Source: Elusimicrobiota bacterium (GTDB taxonomy: Bacteria; Elusimicrobiota; Endomicrobiia; Endomicrobiales; JBDRNC01). From it: DNA of 64,000 nucleotides. Below the pieces are notes generated by a model. The model had not been told where the DNA came from and ran no database searches. It saw only the letters and a program-made list of their open reading frames with translations. The position numbers and the translations under genes are program-made. This document shows, in pieces, positions 40,685 to 50,411 of the stretch (position 1 is the first letter of the stretch; the number at the start of each line of letters is the position of its first letter). The stretch covers positions 32,001-96,000 of the forward strand of contig JBDRNC010000039.1 of assembly GCA_043811535.1 (NCBI GenBank), read 5' to 3'.

Positions 40685-41438
40685 GAATAACCTCATACGG
40701 CAAATTTGATGCAGTGAAACCATTGCCTTTCAGCCAGTGCTCTAGAAGCGGCATCTGCCATTCGAAATCTATGTCAAAACTGCCGGACTGGATAATCGGA
40801 TATATTTTCTGCCCCATCCATCTCTGAGGCAGCACGCCCTTTTCCAAATCATCAAGACATCTCGGCCTGACTGCAGAAAGGCATACGTCCGCGAAATACA
40901 CCGATCCCTGGGCGTCGCGGTTGCAGTTTATTTTCATGTTCTTCGGATAATTTTCAAAGGGAATGAACGGATGTAGAAGGCCGTCATCTCCTATGGAGCG
41001 TGCTCTCAGCGGGGAGTACATATTGAATTCAGCGACAGTTACGGCGGAGTCGTAATCGGGATATTTACGGAGCGTTTCAACGGCATGGTCTATTTGAGAA
41101 GGAAGCACGCAAATACCGTTGCAATGCAGGAGAAGGATAATCTCGATGTCTTTTTTCAATACATCCTTTATGTGTTTATATCCATGGACGAATACATCCT
41201 CGCCCAGCGCTTCTTTGGTGCAAAGGTATTCCGGCCTGTCGATAACCGCGGCGCCGTGTTTGGCTGCAATTTCCTTGACCTTAGCGGAATCAGTGGAAAC
41301 ATACACCTCATCGACGTATTTTGAATTCAATGAAGCAAGAAGTGGGTAAGTCATCAGCGGCCTGCCCATTAGAGGAGCGGCGTTTTTTCCAGGGAAACCT
41401 AAGCTTCCTTCTCTTCCAATCAGTAATGCGGGAATCAT
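40659..41438 (-). CDS. Cytidylyltransferase (CMP-ulosonate synthetase-like, divergent)
   Basis: IGREGSLGFPGKN, VSTD, IDRP, DID; same fold pattern as NeuA/KdsB. Confidence 0.78.
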   Translation of the reverse strand: MIPALLIGREGSLGFPGKNAAPLMGRPLMTYPLLASLNSKYVDEVYVSTDSAKVKEIAAKHGAAVIDRPEYLCTKEALGEDVFVHGYKHIKDVLKKDIEIILLLHCNGICVLPSQIDHAVETLRKYPDYDSAVTVAEFNMYSPLRARSIGDDGLLHPFIPFENYPKNMKINCNRDAQGSVYFADVCLSAVRPRCLDDLEKGVLPQRWMGQKIYPIIQSGSFDIDFEWQMPLLEHWLKGNGFTASNLPYEVIHGKSKTKR

Positions 41439-41523
41439 TTTGTACCTCGGTATTTGTTAATTATGATATTTCGCGTGCCACTAACAATGAAATATGTTGG
41501 ATTATTAAGCGCGATCGGTCAAA

Positions 41524-43110
41524 TTATAACTTATAAGATATTATTTTATAAATTTCAGTCTTGTAGGGCGGTTTCTTTGAAATAACGCCTCTTCCGAGAA
41601 ACTGATCATTGATAGTGTTTACTAAAGCGAAATTCTTCCTGGGAAGCTCATTGCCGCCGAAGTACGCGGAAATTACGGGTTTAAAATATTCGTCGGCGAC
41701 GACGTACTCTATCTTTCTTTTATTAAGGAAATCCAGGAACGCTTTTTCGCTTTCTTTACGGGATTTATAATCGCCGGGAACGTTAAGCTCTTTAAGTATC
41801 GTGACAACCCTGGAAATATAGAATTGACCGCCGTAATACCGGGCGTCTTTAAAGGCATACCAGTGGCTGGTGACGCCTATTATGCCCTTTTTTGTGTCCA
41901 CGGAAGCGTTTATTTTCCCGTAATACTCGCCGGGGTTATAGTCTTTTTTCACAAAGGAATGATAAAAATACTTTTCAAGCAGGTATCCCTGATATAAAGA
42001 AGAGGCAAGAAGTATTAGAAGCGACATAATTAAAGCCGCTAATTTCCTGCGTTCAAAGAGTTCTTCTAAAGCAATCCCCGCGAGAATGCATAACGGCGGA
42101 AGATATACCAGCAAATAAGTGCGGAACGCAGTTTTTTCAACGACTGACATGAACGCGAACATTATGACGAGCCATGCGACAAGATACCCGGCGGATTGGT
42201 ATTTATGCCTGAATTTAAACCAGAAACCGGCAAGGATGGACAAGTAAAGCAATTCAAATGCGCCCACAACGGCATATCTTCCGCTGAACAATGAGAGCAG
42301 TCTTTCAAATTCGCTCAACAAGGTCCTGAGTGTTATCGAGCCGCCGTCCGAAGAAGCGGCCGCCAGGTGGTATTTGATATAATTATCCAATCCTATCGGG
42401 AGTATGTTTAATGCCAGCCAGTAAATCAGCGATACAATAGAACCCGTTATGAGAAGAAGTGAATTCGGCGAAAACAGCTTCTTTCTGTTGAAAATAACGT
42501 ACATTAAATAAACTCCAGCGACGATTTCAACGCCTCTCAGGCTGATATCTACGGACAAGCCGCTTACAAAGCCCGAGAGAAGGAACAACGCGCCGCGGTT
42601 CTTTATCAGCGCGTTGCTTATCAGGAGGAACGATAGAAACGCGAAAAGGCAGTGCATCATATCCTGCCTCGCGTCAGGAAGAGAGACCGTTAGAAGGGGC
42701 GAAGCGAGAAATATGAATCCCGATAAAACCGCGGCTTTTTCGGACACGTGCTTATACGCCCAGTAAAACACGCAGCCCGCGAGAAGCAGTCCGGCGATAT
42801 AGGAAACGAGCCGGGCCTGGAAAAGGCCGACGCCCGCGATCAGGTAGAAAAAATGATGGATCAAATAGAATGTTTTCCCTATCCCCGTGTTCCAGTTCGC
42901 TCCGAACGGTATGTCGGGCGCCATTACTCCGGTGAAGCTCCTGTTAAGGTGGTACGCAATATCGCTTATCCAACCTTCGCCAAGCCCGCCGCTGAAAGCG
43001 TCCAGTGTGAAAAGCTGCAGTAATTTGAAGATAAGCGGTATTATGAGAAGATAATAATAATTGAAAATACGGTTCGTGTTCTGCGTGCCTTTATCCTGGT
43101 TGTTAAACAT
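41524..43110 (-). CDS. GT-C-fold membrane glycosyltransferase (ArnT/PMT-like)
   Basis: About 11 TM segments; EGWI near first loop, GLFQARLVS, ARQDM; soluble C-terminal domain. Confidence 0.68.
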   Translation of the reverse strand: MFNNQDKGTQNTNRIFNYYYLLIIPLIFKLLQLFTLDAFSGGLGEGWISDIAYHLNRSFTGVMAPDIPFGANWNTGIGKTFYLIHHFFYLIAGVGLFQARLVSYIAGLLLAGCVFYWAYKHVSEKAAVLSGFIFLASPLLTVSLPDARQDMMHCLFAFLSFLLISNALIKNRGALFLLSGFVSGLSVDISLRGVEIVAGVYLMYVIFNRKKLFSPNSLLLITGSIVSLIYWLALNILPIGLDNYIKYHLAAASSDGGSITLRTLLSEFERLLSLFSGRYAVVGAFELLYLSILAGFWFKFRHKYQSAGYLVAWLVIMFAFMSVVEKTAFRTYLLVYLPPLCILAGIALEELFERRKLAALIMSLLILLASSLYQGYLLEKYFYHSFVKKDYNPGEYYGKINASVDTKKGIIGVTSHWYAFKDARYYGGQFYISRVVTILKELNVPGDYKSRKESEKAFLDFLNKRKIEYVVADEYFKPVISAYFGGNELPRKNFALVNTINDQFLGRGVISKKPPYKTEIYKIISYKL

Positions 43111-43118
43111 AATCCCTT

Positions 43119-44549
43119 TCAGTCCTTGAGCCTTAGAATAATCAAGGCTCCTTTTAATATGCGGATAAACTCGCCTATGCTGGAAATCCTTCGAAGCTCA
43201 TTTAAAACGATCCTGGGCCTCAAATAAAACCGTTTGTGGGCCTGCGAATGGATCTCATACATCCTTTTAGCCGGTACTTTTTCCTCCCACGCTATCTGAA
43301 AGTTGGGATCGGGATTCTTGGCATATTCCGACCAGTAATCTTTCTTAAAGAAACCTGACTTCAAGCCGTCTTCGTAAATACGGGTTCCTGGGAACGGTAT
43401 GAAAACGCTGAATTCCGCGTGGTCAAGGTTAAGTTTTAGCGCGAATCTTATGATCTCATCCGCGTCTTTTTCATCTTCGCCGGGAGTGAACAGCAGGAAA
43501 TTCCCGACGCACATCATACCGTACTTCTTCGTCAGGTTTACGGCATTCACTATATCCTTGACAGTGGAGGCTTTCTTGACCCTGGCGAGGCTTTCATCGG
43601 TGGCTTTCTCAATGCCGTACTGGATCCGCTCGCACCCGGCCTGTTTCGCCTTCCTGGCGAATTCGTCCGTGATTCCCGTAACCCTTCCGCGGAAAGCCCA
43701 CTTTATTTTAATGTTCCTTCTCAATATTTCATCGCAAACCGCGATCGCGCGTTCCGCGGAAATATTGAAAAGGTCGTCGAAGAAGAACGCTTCTTCTATC
43801 CCGAGGCCGGCGATATATTCCAATTCATCCACCACGTTTTTAGCGCTCCTGAACCTGTACATCCTGTCAGGTGTGTTACAAAACGTGCACTGGAACGGGC
43901 ATCCCCTGCTGCTCATGATAGTGGTCATAGTCCGCTGTTTGCCCAGTATGCAGAAATAGAGCTCTTTCTTAAGATACGTGCGGTCCGGGAAAGGAAGTGA
44001 ATCCAGGTCCTGCACGCGCGCGAATCCGTTCTTGAATATTTTGCCGTCAGACAGCCGGCAGACGATGCCCTCTATTTTTTTCAGGGCTTCATCATGATCT
44101 CCCGGAGGCAGTTTTTTGTCCAGAAGCTCGACAAGCGCTTTAAAAGCGTACTCGCCGTCTCCGCAGACGGCGTAGTCTATTTCCCGGAAAGAAAGCGTTT
44201 CATCGGGGTATAAAGCTATATGAGGCCCTCCGAGCACGACGACGCATTTCGGGTTCAGTTTCTTGGCTGTTTTCGCGATGTCAAGCACGTTCCTTAGAGT
44301 CATCGTGAAAGTAGTGATCCCGAGGATGTCAGGTTTAAGCAGAGCGATCTTTTCTTCGATATTCTTGTAGGTCAGCCTTTCGCTTTCAGAGTCAAGTATG
44401 TGGACTTCATGTTTTGACGTGTTTCTCAGGTACGTGCCAACATACAGAATACCCAGAGGCGGAAAGAATCCCATGTTCTGCGAGATATCATTTGAAGTTT
44501 CAAGGGTAAGAGCCCCTTCGGAAGGGGCGACCATCAACAATACTTTCAT
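43119..44549 (-). CDS. Cobalamin-binding radical SAM protein
   Basis: PPLGILY, LGGPH, GDGE, SSRGCPFQCTFC, FFDDLF, PFPGT. Confidence 0.9.
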   Translation of the reverse strand: MKVLLMVAPSEGALTLETSNDISQNMGFFPPLGILYVGTYLRNTSKHEVHILDSESERLTYKNIEEKIALLKPDILGITTFTMTLRNVLDIAKTAKKLNPKCVVVLGGPHIALYPDETLSFREIDYAVCGDGEYAFKALVELLDKKLPPGDHDEALKKIEGIVCRLSDGKIFKNGFARVQDLDSLPFPDRTYLKKELYFCILGKQRTMTTIMSSRGCPFQCTFCNTPDRMYRFRSAKNVVDELEYIAGLGIEEAFFFDDLFNISAERAIAVCDEILRRNIKIKWAFRGRVTGITDEFARKAKQAGCERIQYGIEKATDESLARVKKASTVKDIVNAVNLTKKYGMMCVGNFLLFTPGEDEKDADEIIRFALKLNLDHAEFSVFIPFPGTRIYEDGLKSGFFKKDYWSEYAKNPDPNFQIAWEEKVPAKRMYEIHSQAHKRFYLRPRIVLNELRRISSIGEFIRILKGALIILRLKD

Positions 44550-44563
44550 TTAATTATCTCCGG

Positions 44564-45703
44564 TTATATTTCTTCTATGAACTTCAGCTGTTTGATGCCT
44601 GTCCGGAAGGCGAAGAATAATCCTACGATGACCTCCGGCAAGACCATTACGATGTTGATCAGCAGAGAGAATAAAACAATCTTAGAGTACAATACCGAGT
44701 CAATTCCGACTCCCATTCCTTTGTAGATAAGCCCCACGGCAAAAACTGTCGCTATGCTAATTATCCCGATGCCTCCGGGAGCAGACGGAAGAGTCATTCC
44801 GAGGCATATGCACGCCAATATGCAGAAAGAGGCGTAAAACGGAAGATTAAAGTCAAAAAGCCGCATTATCGGGACTATCGATAAGGCTATTATGACCCAC
44901 ATTATCAGCGATAGAAAGGTCACTGAAGCAAGGGACTTCGGGTTATTCAGTATCTTAAGGCCTTCAGAGAACGATTTGACATGTTTCAGCAGCTTTTCAG
45001 ACGACACTCCTGGAAAAATCTTTTTCAGTAGTGCGGAAAATCCGTCATTGAATTTGAAAAAAAGAAATGCCGCCAGAAACGCGCCGCCGTAAATCACAAG
45101 CCCGCCTATCCCCATAAACGACAGATCGGAGTAGCCTTTTTTTAGGAATAACAGGAAAAAGAACAAAAATGACAGGGCCATCAATCCGTCAAAGATCCTT
45201 TCAATCAAAAGAGTCGACAGCGTTGACAATTTGCTGACGCCGAAAGCATTCCCAAAATGATAGGTCCTTACAAGTTCGCCCCCCTTAGCCGGGAGAATAT
45301 GGTTGAAAAGATGGCCTATCATAACGCTTGGGTAAAGATCAGAGAAATTCAGGGCTTTTTCCCTGCCCAATATCACTTTCCAGCGGAATGTCTGTACAAC
45401 GGAGCTTAGAAGAATTAAAAGCGAAGCGCCAAAAAGAGGCACTACATTTATATTTTTGATGCTTGCAACAAAACTGCCAAGTTCAATTTTCGTGAATATT
45501 ATGTCGATGAACATCGCGCTGAAAGCAAGTCCGAACCAATACTGTATAAGCAGTTTCTTCTTAAGAAAAAGTATCAGAATACCGTTAACAAGCAGGAACA
45601 AGGCGAATAAGCACAGATAAAGCGTATTATGGCTTAAATAGTACCTTGCCGCGAAAAACAGCACGGGAACAAAAGAGAATGCTATTAAAAAAAGTTTTTT
45701 CAT
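44564..45703 (-). CDS. Flippase-like membrane protein (lysylphosphatidylglycerol synthase TM / UPF0104 family)
   Basis: RWKVIL, NHILPAKGGELVR, ERIFD, PSAPGGIG. Confidence 0.82.
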   Translation of the reverse strand: MKKLFLIAFSFVPVLFFAARYYLSHNTLYLCLFALFLLVNGILILFLKKKLLIQYWFGLAFSAMFIDIIFTKIELGSFVASIKNINVVPLFGASLLILLSSVVQTFRWKVILGREKALNFSDLYPSVMIGHLFNHILPAKGGELVRTYHFGNAFGVSKLSTLSTLLIERIFDGLMALSFLFFFLLFLKKGYSDLSFMGIGGLVIYGGAFLAAFLFFKFNDGFSALLKKIFPGVSSEKLLKHVKSFSEGLKILNNPKSLASVTFLSLIMWVIIALSIVPIMRLFDFNLPFYASFCILACICLGMTLPSAPGGIGIISIATVFAVGLIYKGMGVGIDSVLYSKIVLFSLLINIVMVLPEVIVGLFFAFRTGIKQLKFIEEI

Positions 45704-47289
45704 TTAGGTTTATTGCAATCTGATTCCGTGGAATATTCAGTGGATTCTGTCATCACTTCAAAGCATTTACGAAGCTCCTCAATTCTGTTGAAATTCCGCG
45801 TTAATATATTCCCTTCCGGCTTTTCAACAGCGGTTTCCTTTTTGTCTGAGCCTTTTTTGAGGAAATCATAAAAATAATGTTTGAGAGTTCTTCCAATCAA
45901 TTCAAGGTACTCGAGCGGGGTGTGCCTGTAATAGAATATCTTCCTGCCGTAGGATGTAATCGCGAAAAAATAATGAACGAAGAAAAACAACTTGTTCGGT
46001 TTCCAAAAGATCAGATGCTTCGCTATGAGATTTCTTAAAAACGGGAATTTTACCGCAACGATCGCAAGCTCGCACAGATTATACTGAGCGTTTCTTTCGC
46101 GCTCGGTAAAGCAGGTAAGCGGGCTTGTGTTCCGCATCCCGTAATTAATATTGTCGCCGTCGGTGTTGAAAACGCCCTTGTCTTTGCAGTAATTACCGAG
46201 ATCGGTGCCGGGATAGGGCATGAATATGGAAAAATTCGGCATGTCGGGCTGGACCTTTATAGCGAAATCCAGCGACGCGATGTCATGTTCAAGAGTCGTG
46301 AACGGAAGCGCGAGCATCGTATTGGCGTAAACATTTATTTTGTGTTTTTTGAATATCCGGAAGCCATTTTCAAGTTTTTCCTTAGGAAGCCTGCGGCGAA
46401 GCATGCGGTTTCTGACATCATCGTCCGCGGCCTCTATGGACATGCAGATCGAGAAGCAACCGGCTTTTTTCAGGTAAAACGCCATCTCATCCGTAATAAG
46501 TTCCGACCTGAGCAGGCAGTAAAACGGCGTTTTTATCTCCTTTGACCATTTTTCGGCGAATTCCTTGAGCCACTCGTCGGTTTTATGAATAAAAACATCA
46601 TCCTGTATCCTGACAAATTCAACTCTGTAGTTCTTTATCAATTCCTTCATTTCGCCGATTATAGAATCAACGCTTCTTCTTCTGAATATTCTCCCCTTGT
46701 TCTTATAAACGTTGTTATATTGATTGTTGAAGCAATAAGGGCACGGGAAGACGCAGCCCCTGCTCGTCCAGATGCCTTTTATCCCGAATTTACCCATTTC
46801 GGGATAGGAATAAACAAGCTCCCTGTCCATGAACGGCAGCGATTCAAAATTGTCCAGCAATGGTCTTATCTCAAGTTTCAAATCGGTAGAGGTCATGATA
46901 TTGGGTATTCCGTCAAGAGTTTCCCCTTTTTCAAGAGCTTCCACGACGTCTACGATGGCCTGGTCGCCTTCGCCCACGCAGATAGCGTCGATGTTCGGGT
47001 CGCTTATGCATGCGGTATCAAGCGTGGAATGCGGCCCGCCCAGCAGCGTGAATATCTTTGTCGTTTTGCGGAGCTCGTCGTTGAATATTTTCATGTCAGC
47101 CATGTCCACGGACATCATGCTGTAGGCCAGGAGATTCGGTTTCCATGAGCGTATTTTTTCTTTCAGATCTTCTTGTTTTATCACGCCGAGGACGGTCTGG
47201 TGCCCGCGCTGTTTTAATATTGCGGACAAAATCATCGGCCCGAAGGGTTCATTAATGCCCAGGTCATTTACTATAAACATTACTCTCAT
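45700..47289 (-). CDS. Cobalamin-binding radical SAM protein
   Basis: EPFGPMILSA, LGGPH, GEGD, TSRGCVFPCPYC, QDDVF, PYPGT. Confidence 0.9.
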   Translation of the reverse strand: MRVMFIVNDLGINEPFGPMILSAILKQRGHQTVLGVIKQEDLKEKIRSWKPNLLAYSMMSVDMADMKIFNDELRKTTKIFTLLGGPHSTLDTACISDPNIDAICVGEGDQAIVDVVEALEKGETLDGIPNIMTSTDLKLEIRPLLDNFESLPFMDRELVYSYPEMGKFGIKGIWTSRGCVFPCPYCFNNQYNNVYKNKGRIFRRRSVDSIIGEMKELIKNYRVEFVRIQDDVFIHKTDEWLKEFAEKWSKEIKTPFYCLLRSELITDEMAFYLKKAGCFSICMSIEAADDDVRNRMLRRRLPKEKLENGFRIFKKHKINVYANTMLALPFTTLEHDIASLDFAIKVQPDMPNFSIFMPYPGTDLGNYCKDKGVFNTDGDNINYGMRNTSPLTCFTERERNAQYNLCELAIVAVKFPFLRNLIAKHLIFWKPNKLFFFVHYFFAITSYGRKIFYYRHTPLEYLELIGRTLKHYFYDFLKKGSDKKETAVEKPEGNILTRNFNRIEELRKCFEVMTESTEYSTESDCNKPK

Positions 47290-47293
47290 ATGT

Positions 47294-48409
47294 TTATTTT
47301 CCGCCTTTATAGAAATTCTTTATAATCTCCGCGATCTGTTCGATATCTTTTGAAAAAAGCTCGGGATACATGGGCAGTGACAATATCTCGCCAGCGTTCT
47401 TTTCGGCTATAGGAAAACTGCTTGCCGGATATCCAAGGAACCTGTAGCTTTTCTGCAAGTGAACCGGCACGGGATAATGGATGAGCGTTCCAACGCCGTT
47501 TTCCGCAAGATGCTTCTGAAGATTGTCGCGGTCCTTGCATTTAATCACAAAAAGGTGGAATATATGTTTTGAATTCCCCGCTTCCGAAGGCAGCACGACT
47601 TCGGGCAGATTACCCAGAAGTTCGACATACATGCCCGCCAGCTGCCTTCTTCTCTGGTTCCATTCGTCTAAATACGGCAGTTTCACTTCGAGCACGGCCG
47701 CCTGGATCTCGTCAAGACGGCTGTTGAAACCGACTATCTTGTGGAAATAGCGTTTCTCCTGGCCGTAATTCCTCAGAAATACCAGTTTTTCCGCCAGGGT
47801 CTTATCATCGGTCGTGATCATGCCCCCGTCGCCGTAGGCGCCAAGATTCTTGCTGGGATAAAAACTGAAACATCCCATTTTCCCCAAAATGCCTGATTTT
47901 TTGGTTTTATATTGGGCTCCGTGCGCCTGGCAGGCGTCTTCAATAACCGTGATATTATATTTTTTGGCTATTTCATTTATGAGATCCATGTCGCAGCAAT
48001 GGCCGAAAAGATGAACGGGAATAATCGCTTTTGTCTTCGGGGTAATAGCTGCTTCCAGTTTAGACGGGTCCATTGTGTAAGTTTTCTGGTCGATGTCGAC
48101 GAATTTCGGAGTAGCTCCGGAGAATGATATGGCAGATACGGTCGGGACCGCGGTATTGGGGACCGTGATGACCTCATCTCCCGGCCCCGCGGAAGACGCT
48201 ACAAGCGCGAGATGAAGGGCCTCGGTCCCGGAACCGACGCCTACCGCGTGCGCCGACCCGCAATAGGAAGCGAACTTCTTTTCAAAGGATTGAAGCTCTT
48301 CTCCGAGAATATACCATCCTCTGTCGAGGACTCGCTGGATTGCCGCGTCGAGTTCCTTTTTGTGGGCTTTGTAAGAGACTGCCAGATCGCCAAAAGGTAT
48401 TTTTTTCAT
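47294..48409 (-). CDS. DegT/DnrJ/EryC1/StrS sugar aminotransferase
   Basis: SGTEAL, PVHLFG, EDACQAHG, SFYPSKNLGAYGDGG, NSRLDEIQAA. Start set at ATG 48409 (ATGA overlap). Confidence 0.92.
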   Translation of the reverse strand: MKKIPFGDLAVSYKAHKKELDAAIQRVLDRGWYILGEELQSFEKKFASYCGSAHAVGVGSGTEALHLALVASSAGPGDEVITVPNTAVPTVSAISFSGATPKFVDIDQKTYTMDPSKLEAAITPKTKAIIPVHLFGHCCDMDLINEIAKKYNITVIEDACQAHGAQYKTKKSGILGKMGCFSFYPSKNLGAYGDGGMITTDDKTLAEKLVFLRNYGQEKRYFHKIVGFNSRLDEIQAAVLEVKLPYLDEWNQRRRQLAGMYVELLGNLPEVVLPSEAGNSKHIFHLFVIKCKDRDNLQKHLAENGVGTLIHYPVPVHLQKSYRFLGYPASSFPIAEKNAGEILSLPMYPELFSKDIEQIAEIIKNFYKGGK

Positions 48410-49419
48410 CGCCAGTAATGCTGTTTTCCGTATTTTTTGTAGTATCCAATCGTCTTTTTCATTCCTGTTTCCAGGTCGGTTTTGGGTTCCCACCCGAGAA
48501 TTTCATTTGCCAGGTCATAATCGGAATAATAATCGCCGATATCTATCTTTTTAAGATTACTCGGGAAAGGAAGAAGCTTGAATTTCCCGCCGCCGTTTAT
48601 TTTTATCATGGTTTTCACTATGTCCGCGAGCGAAACATGGACATGGTCCCCGAGATTCATCGCCCGGCCGACCGCTTTTTCTTCGATCCCGCTGGCCAGC
48701 AGCGCGTCAACCACGTCATCAATATAGTTCAGGTCCCTCAGCTGCCTGCCGTCGCCGAAGATGGTTATCTCCTTATTGTTCAGGAGCAGGTTGATGAACC
48801 ATCCTAAAAAGCCCTGGCGGTTGTGCTTGACGAGCAGCCTGGGCCCGTAGGTGTTCGTAAGTCTCAAAACAACTGTTTTAATGCCGTAAATGCTGTTATA
48901 CAGCAGGTGGTACTGCTCCCCAGCTATCTTATTTATACCGTTAATATCGGTTGGATTAAGCGGATGCTTTTCGTCCACGGGCAGGTAAAGGGGTTTCCCG
49001 TAGATTTGCCTTGTGCTGGCGAATACGATTTTCATCTCGGGATTGTTTTTCCTGCACGCTTCAAGGATAGAAAGCTGGCTTTTTGTGTTGATGTCAAGAT
49101 CCGTGAAAGGGTCCTCCATGCTGTCTATGTGGCTGACCTGACCCGCAAGATTGAACATGAGCTTGTAGCCGCGGACCAGGTATCGCATGCTGAACTCATC
49201 TCTTACGTCCGCGATGTTTATTTTAACGGCGTTCTTCACGGGCTGGATGTTGAAAAGATTGCCGCCGTACTGCGGTATCAGGGAATCAATTATCGTTACC
49301 TTCGCGCCGAGACGGACCAGTTCAATGGCCAGATTGCTGCCGATAAACCCGAGCCCCCCTGTTATTAATACCGGAAGGTCTTTATAGAATCCGGAATGAG
49401 AGATACCCGGTTTTTTCAT
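48406..49419 (-). CDS. NAD-dependent epimerase/dehydratase (extended SDR)
   Basis: TGGLGFIGSNL, ASTRQIYG, RLTNTYGP; NGINK stands where YxxxK is expected. Confidence 0.85.
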   Translation of the reverse strand: MKKPGISHSGFYKDLPVLITGGLGFIGSNLAIELVRLGAKVTIIDSLIPQYGGNLFNIQPVKNAVKINIADVRDEFSMRYLVRGYKLMFNLAGQVSHIDSMEDPFTDLDINTKSQLSILEACRKNNPEMKIVFASTRQIYGKPLYLPVDEKHPLNPTDINGINKIAGEQYHLLYNSIYGIKTVVLRLTNTYGPRLLVKHNRQGFLGWFINLLLNNKEITIFGDGRQLRDLNYIDDVVDALLASGIEEKAVGRAMNLGDHVHVSLADIVKTMIKINGGGKFKLLPFPSNLKKIDIGDYYSDYDLANEILGWEPKTDLETGMKKTIGYYKKYGKQHYWR

Positions 49420-50396
49420 GACTGCTTTCCTCCTAAGCGGATTTCATCGGAAATCGCATCAAGGTGTTCTTTAATAATGAACTGCGGAGTGGAATTATAG
49501 GAAAGATACATTTTACCGAGATATTCCCCTATCAATCCGAGAGAGATAAGCTGGGCACCCGAGAATGTGATGACGCATACAATCAGCGACGGCCATCCGG
49601 CCGGCCATTCGCCGTAAGGGTCGAAGACCAGCATCAGCAGAATAAAATAAATGATCATTCCCACGCCGAAAAGCGTCAGCAAAGCGCCTATCATAAAACT
49701 GATCCTTAACGGGAGCACGGAAAAATTAATGAACATGTTCAACCAGAGCGAAGTCAGTTTCCAAAGCGTATAATTCGATTTCCCTTCCTTTCTTTCATGG
49801 TGCACCACCGTCATCTGTCCGATGTTTGCCGTTACTCGCAGGATCAGGCCGTCGATATACGTATAGGGCGCGCGGTATTTCGTGATTTCATTGATGATAA
49901 ACCTGTTTACGCACTTGAAGCTTGAAAGATAAAGGTTTTCAGGCTTTTTAAGGAGCAAAACCGACATGCGGTCATTCATCCAGCTTCCGAAGTTCCTGAA
50001 CCAGTTGTGCTTTTTGTGTTCGTAACGTGTGTATATCACGTCATAATGGTTGTTCAGCATGTATTCATAAACCTTTATTATCTCTTCCGGCGGGTTTTGG
50101 AAATCATCGTCCATTATGATCGCATAGTCGCCGATGCACTGGTTAAGCCCGGCTATTACAGTGTTGTGTTCTCCAAAGTTGCGCGACAGCCTGAAATACC
50201 TGACTATTTTCGGATTCTCAATTTGCTTTTCCACGCAAACGGCGTGCGAATTGTCCTTGCTGGCGTCGTTGACAAGGACGATCTCAAAATTATAGTCATC
50301 CAGCACCCGCATTATCTCGTCAACCAGCCCGCCGATCGTTTTTTCGCTGTTGAAAACCGGGATTACAACGCTTAATTTGTGTTTTTTTCTTTGCAT
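49416..50396 (-). CDS. Polyprenyl-phosphate glycosyltransferase (ArnC/GtrB-like GT2)
   Basis: VIPVFN, VNDASKD, LSRNFGEH, MDDDFQNPP, two C-terminal TM helices, IGEYLG. Confidence 0.9.
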   Translation of the reverse strand: MQRKKHKLSVVIPVFNSEKTIGGLVDEIMRVLDDYNFEIVLVNDASKDNSHAVCVEKQIENPKIVRYFRLSRNFGEHNTVIAGLNQCIGDYAIIMDDDFQNPPEEIIKVYEYMLNNHYDVIYTRYEHKKHNWFRNFGSWMNDRMSVLLLKKPENLYLSSFKCVNRFIINEITKYRAPYTYIDGLILRVTANIGQMTVVHHERKEGKSNYTLWKLTSLWLNMFINFSVLPLRISFMIGALLTLFGVGMIIYFILLMLVFDPYGEWPAGWPSLIVCVITFSGAQLISLGLIGEYLGKMYLSYNSTPQFIIKEHLDAISDEIRLGGKQS

Positions 50397-50411
50397 AAGA
50401 TCCCTCCCGCG

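Noticed and set aside
41439..41523. Internal promoter ahead of the orphan cytidylyltransferase module
   Set aside because: AT-rich gap with only weak -35/-10 matches; not enough support to call.
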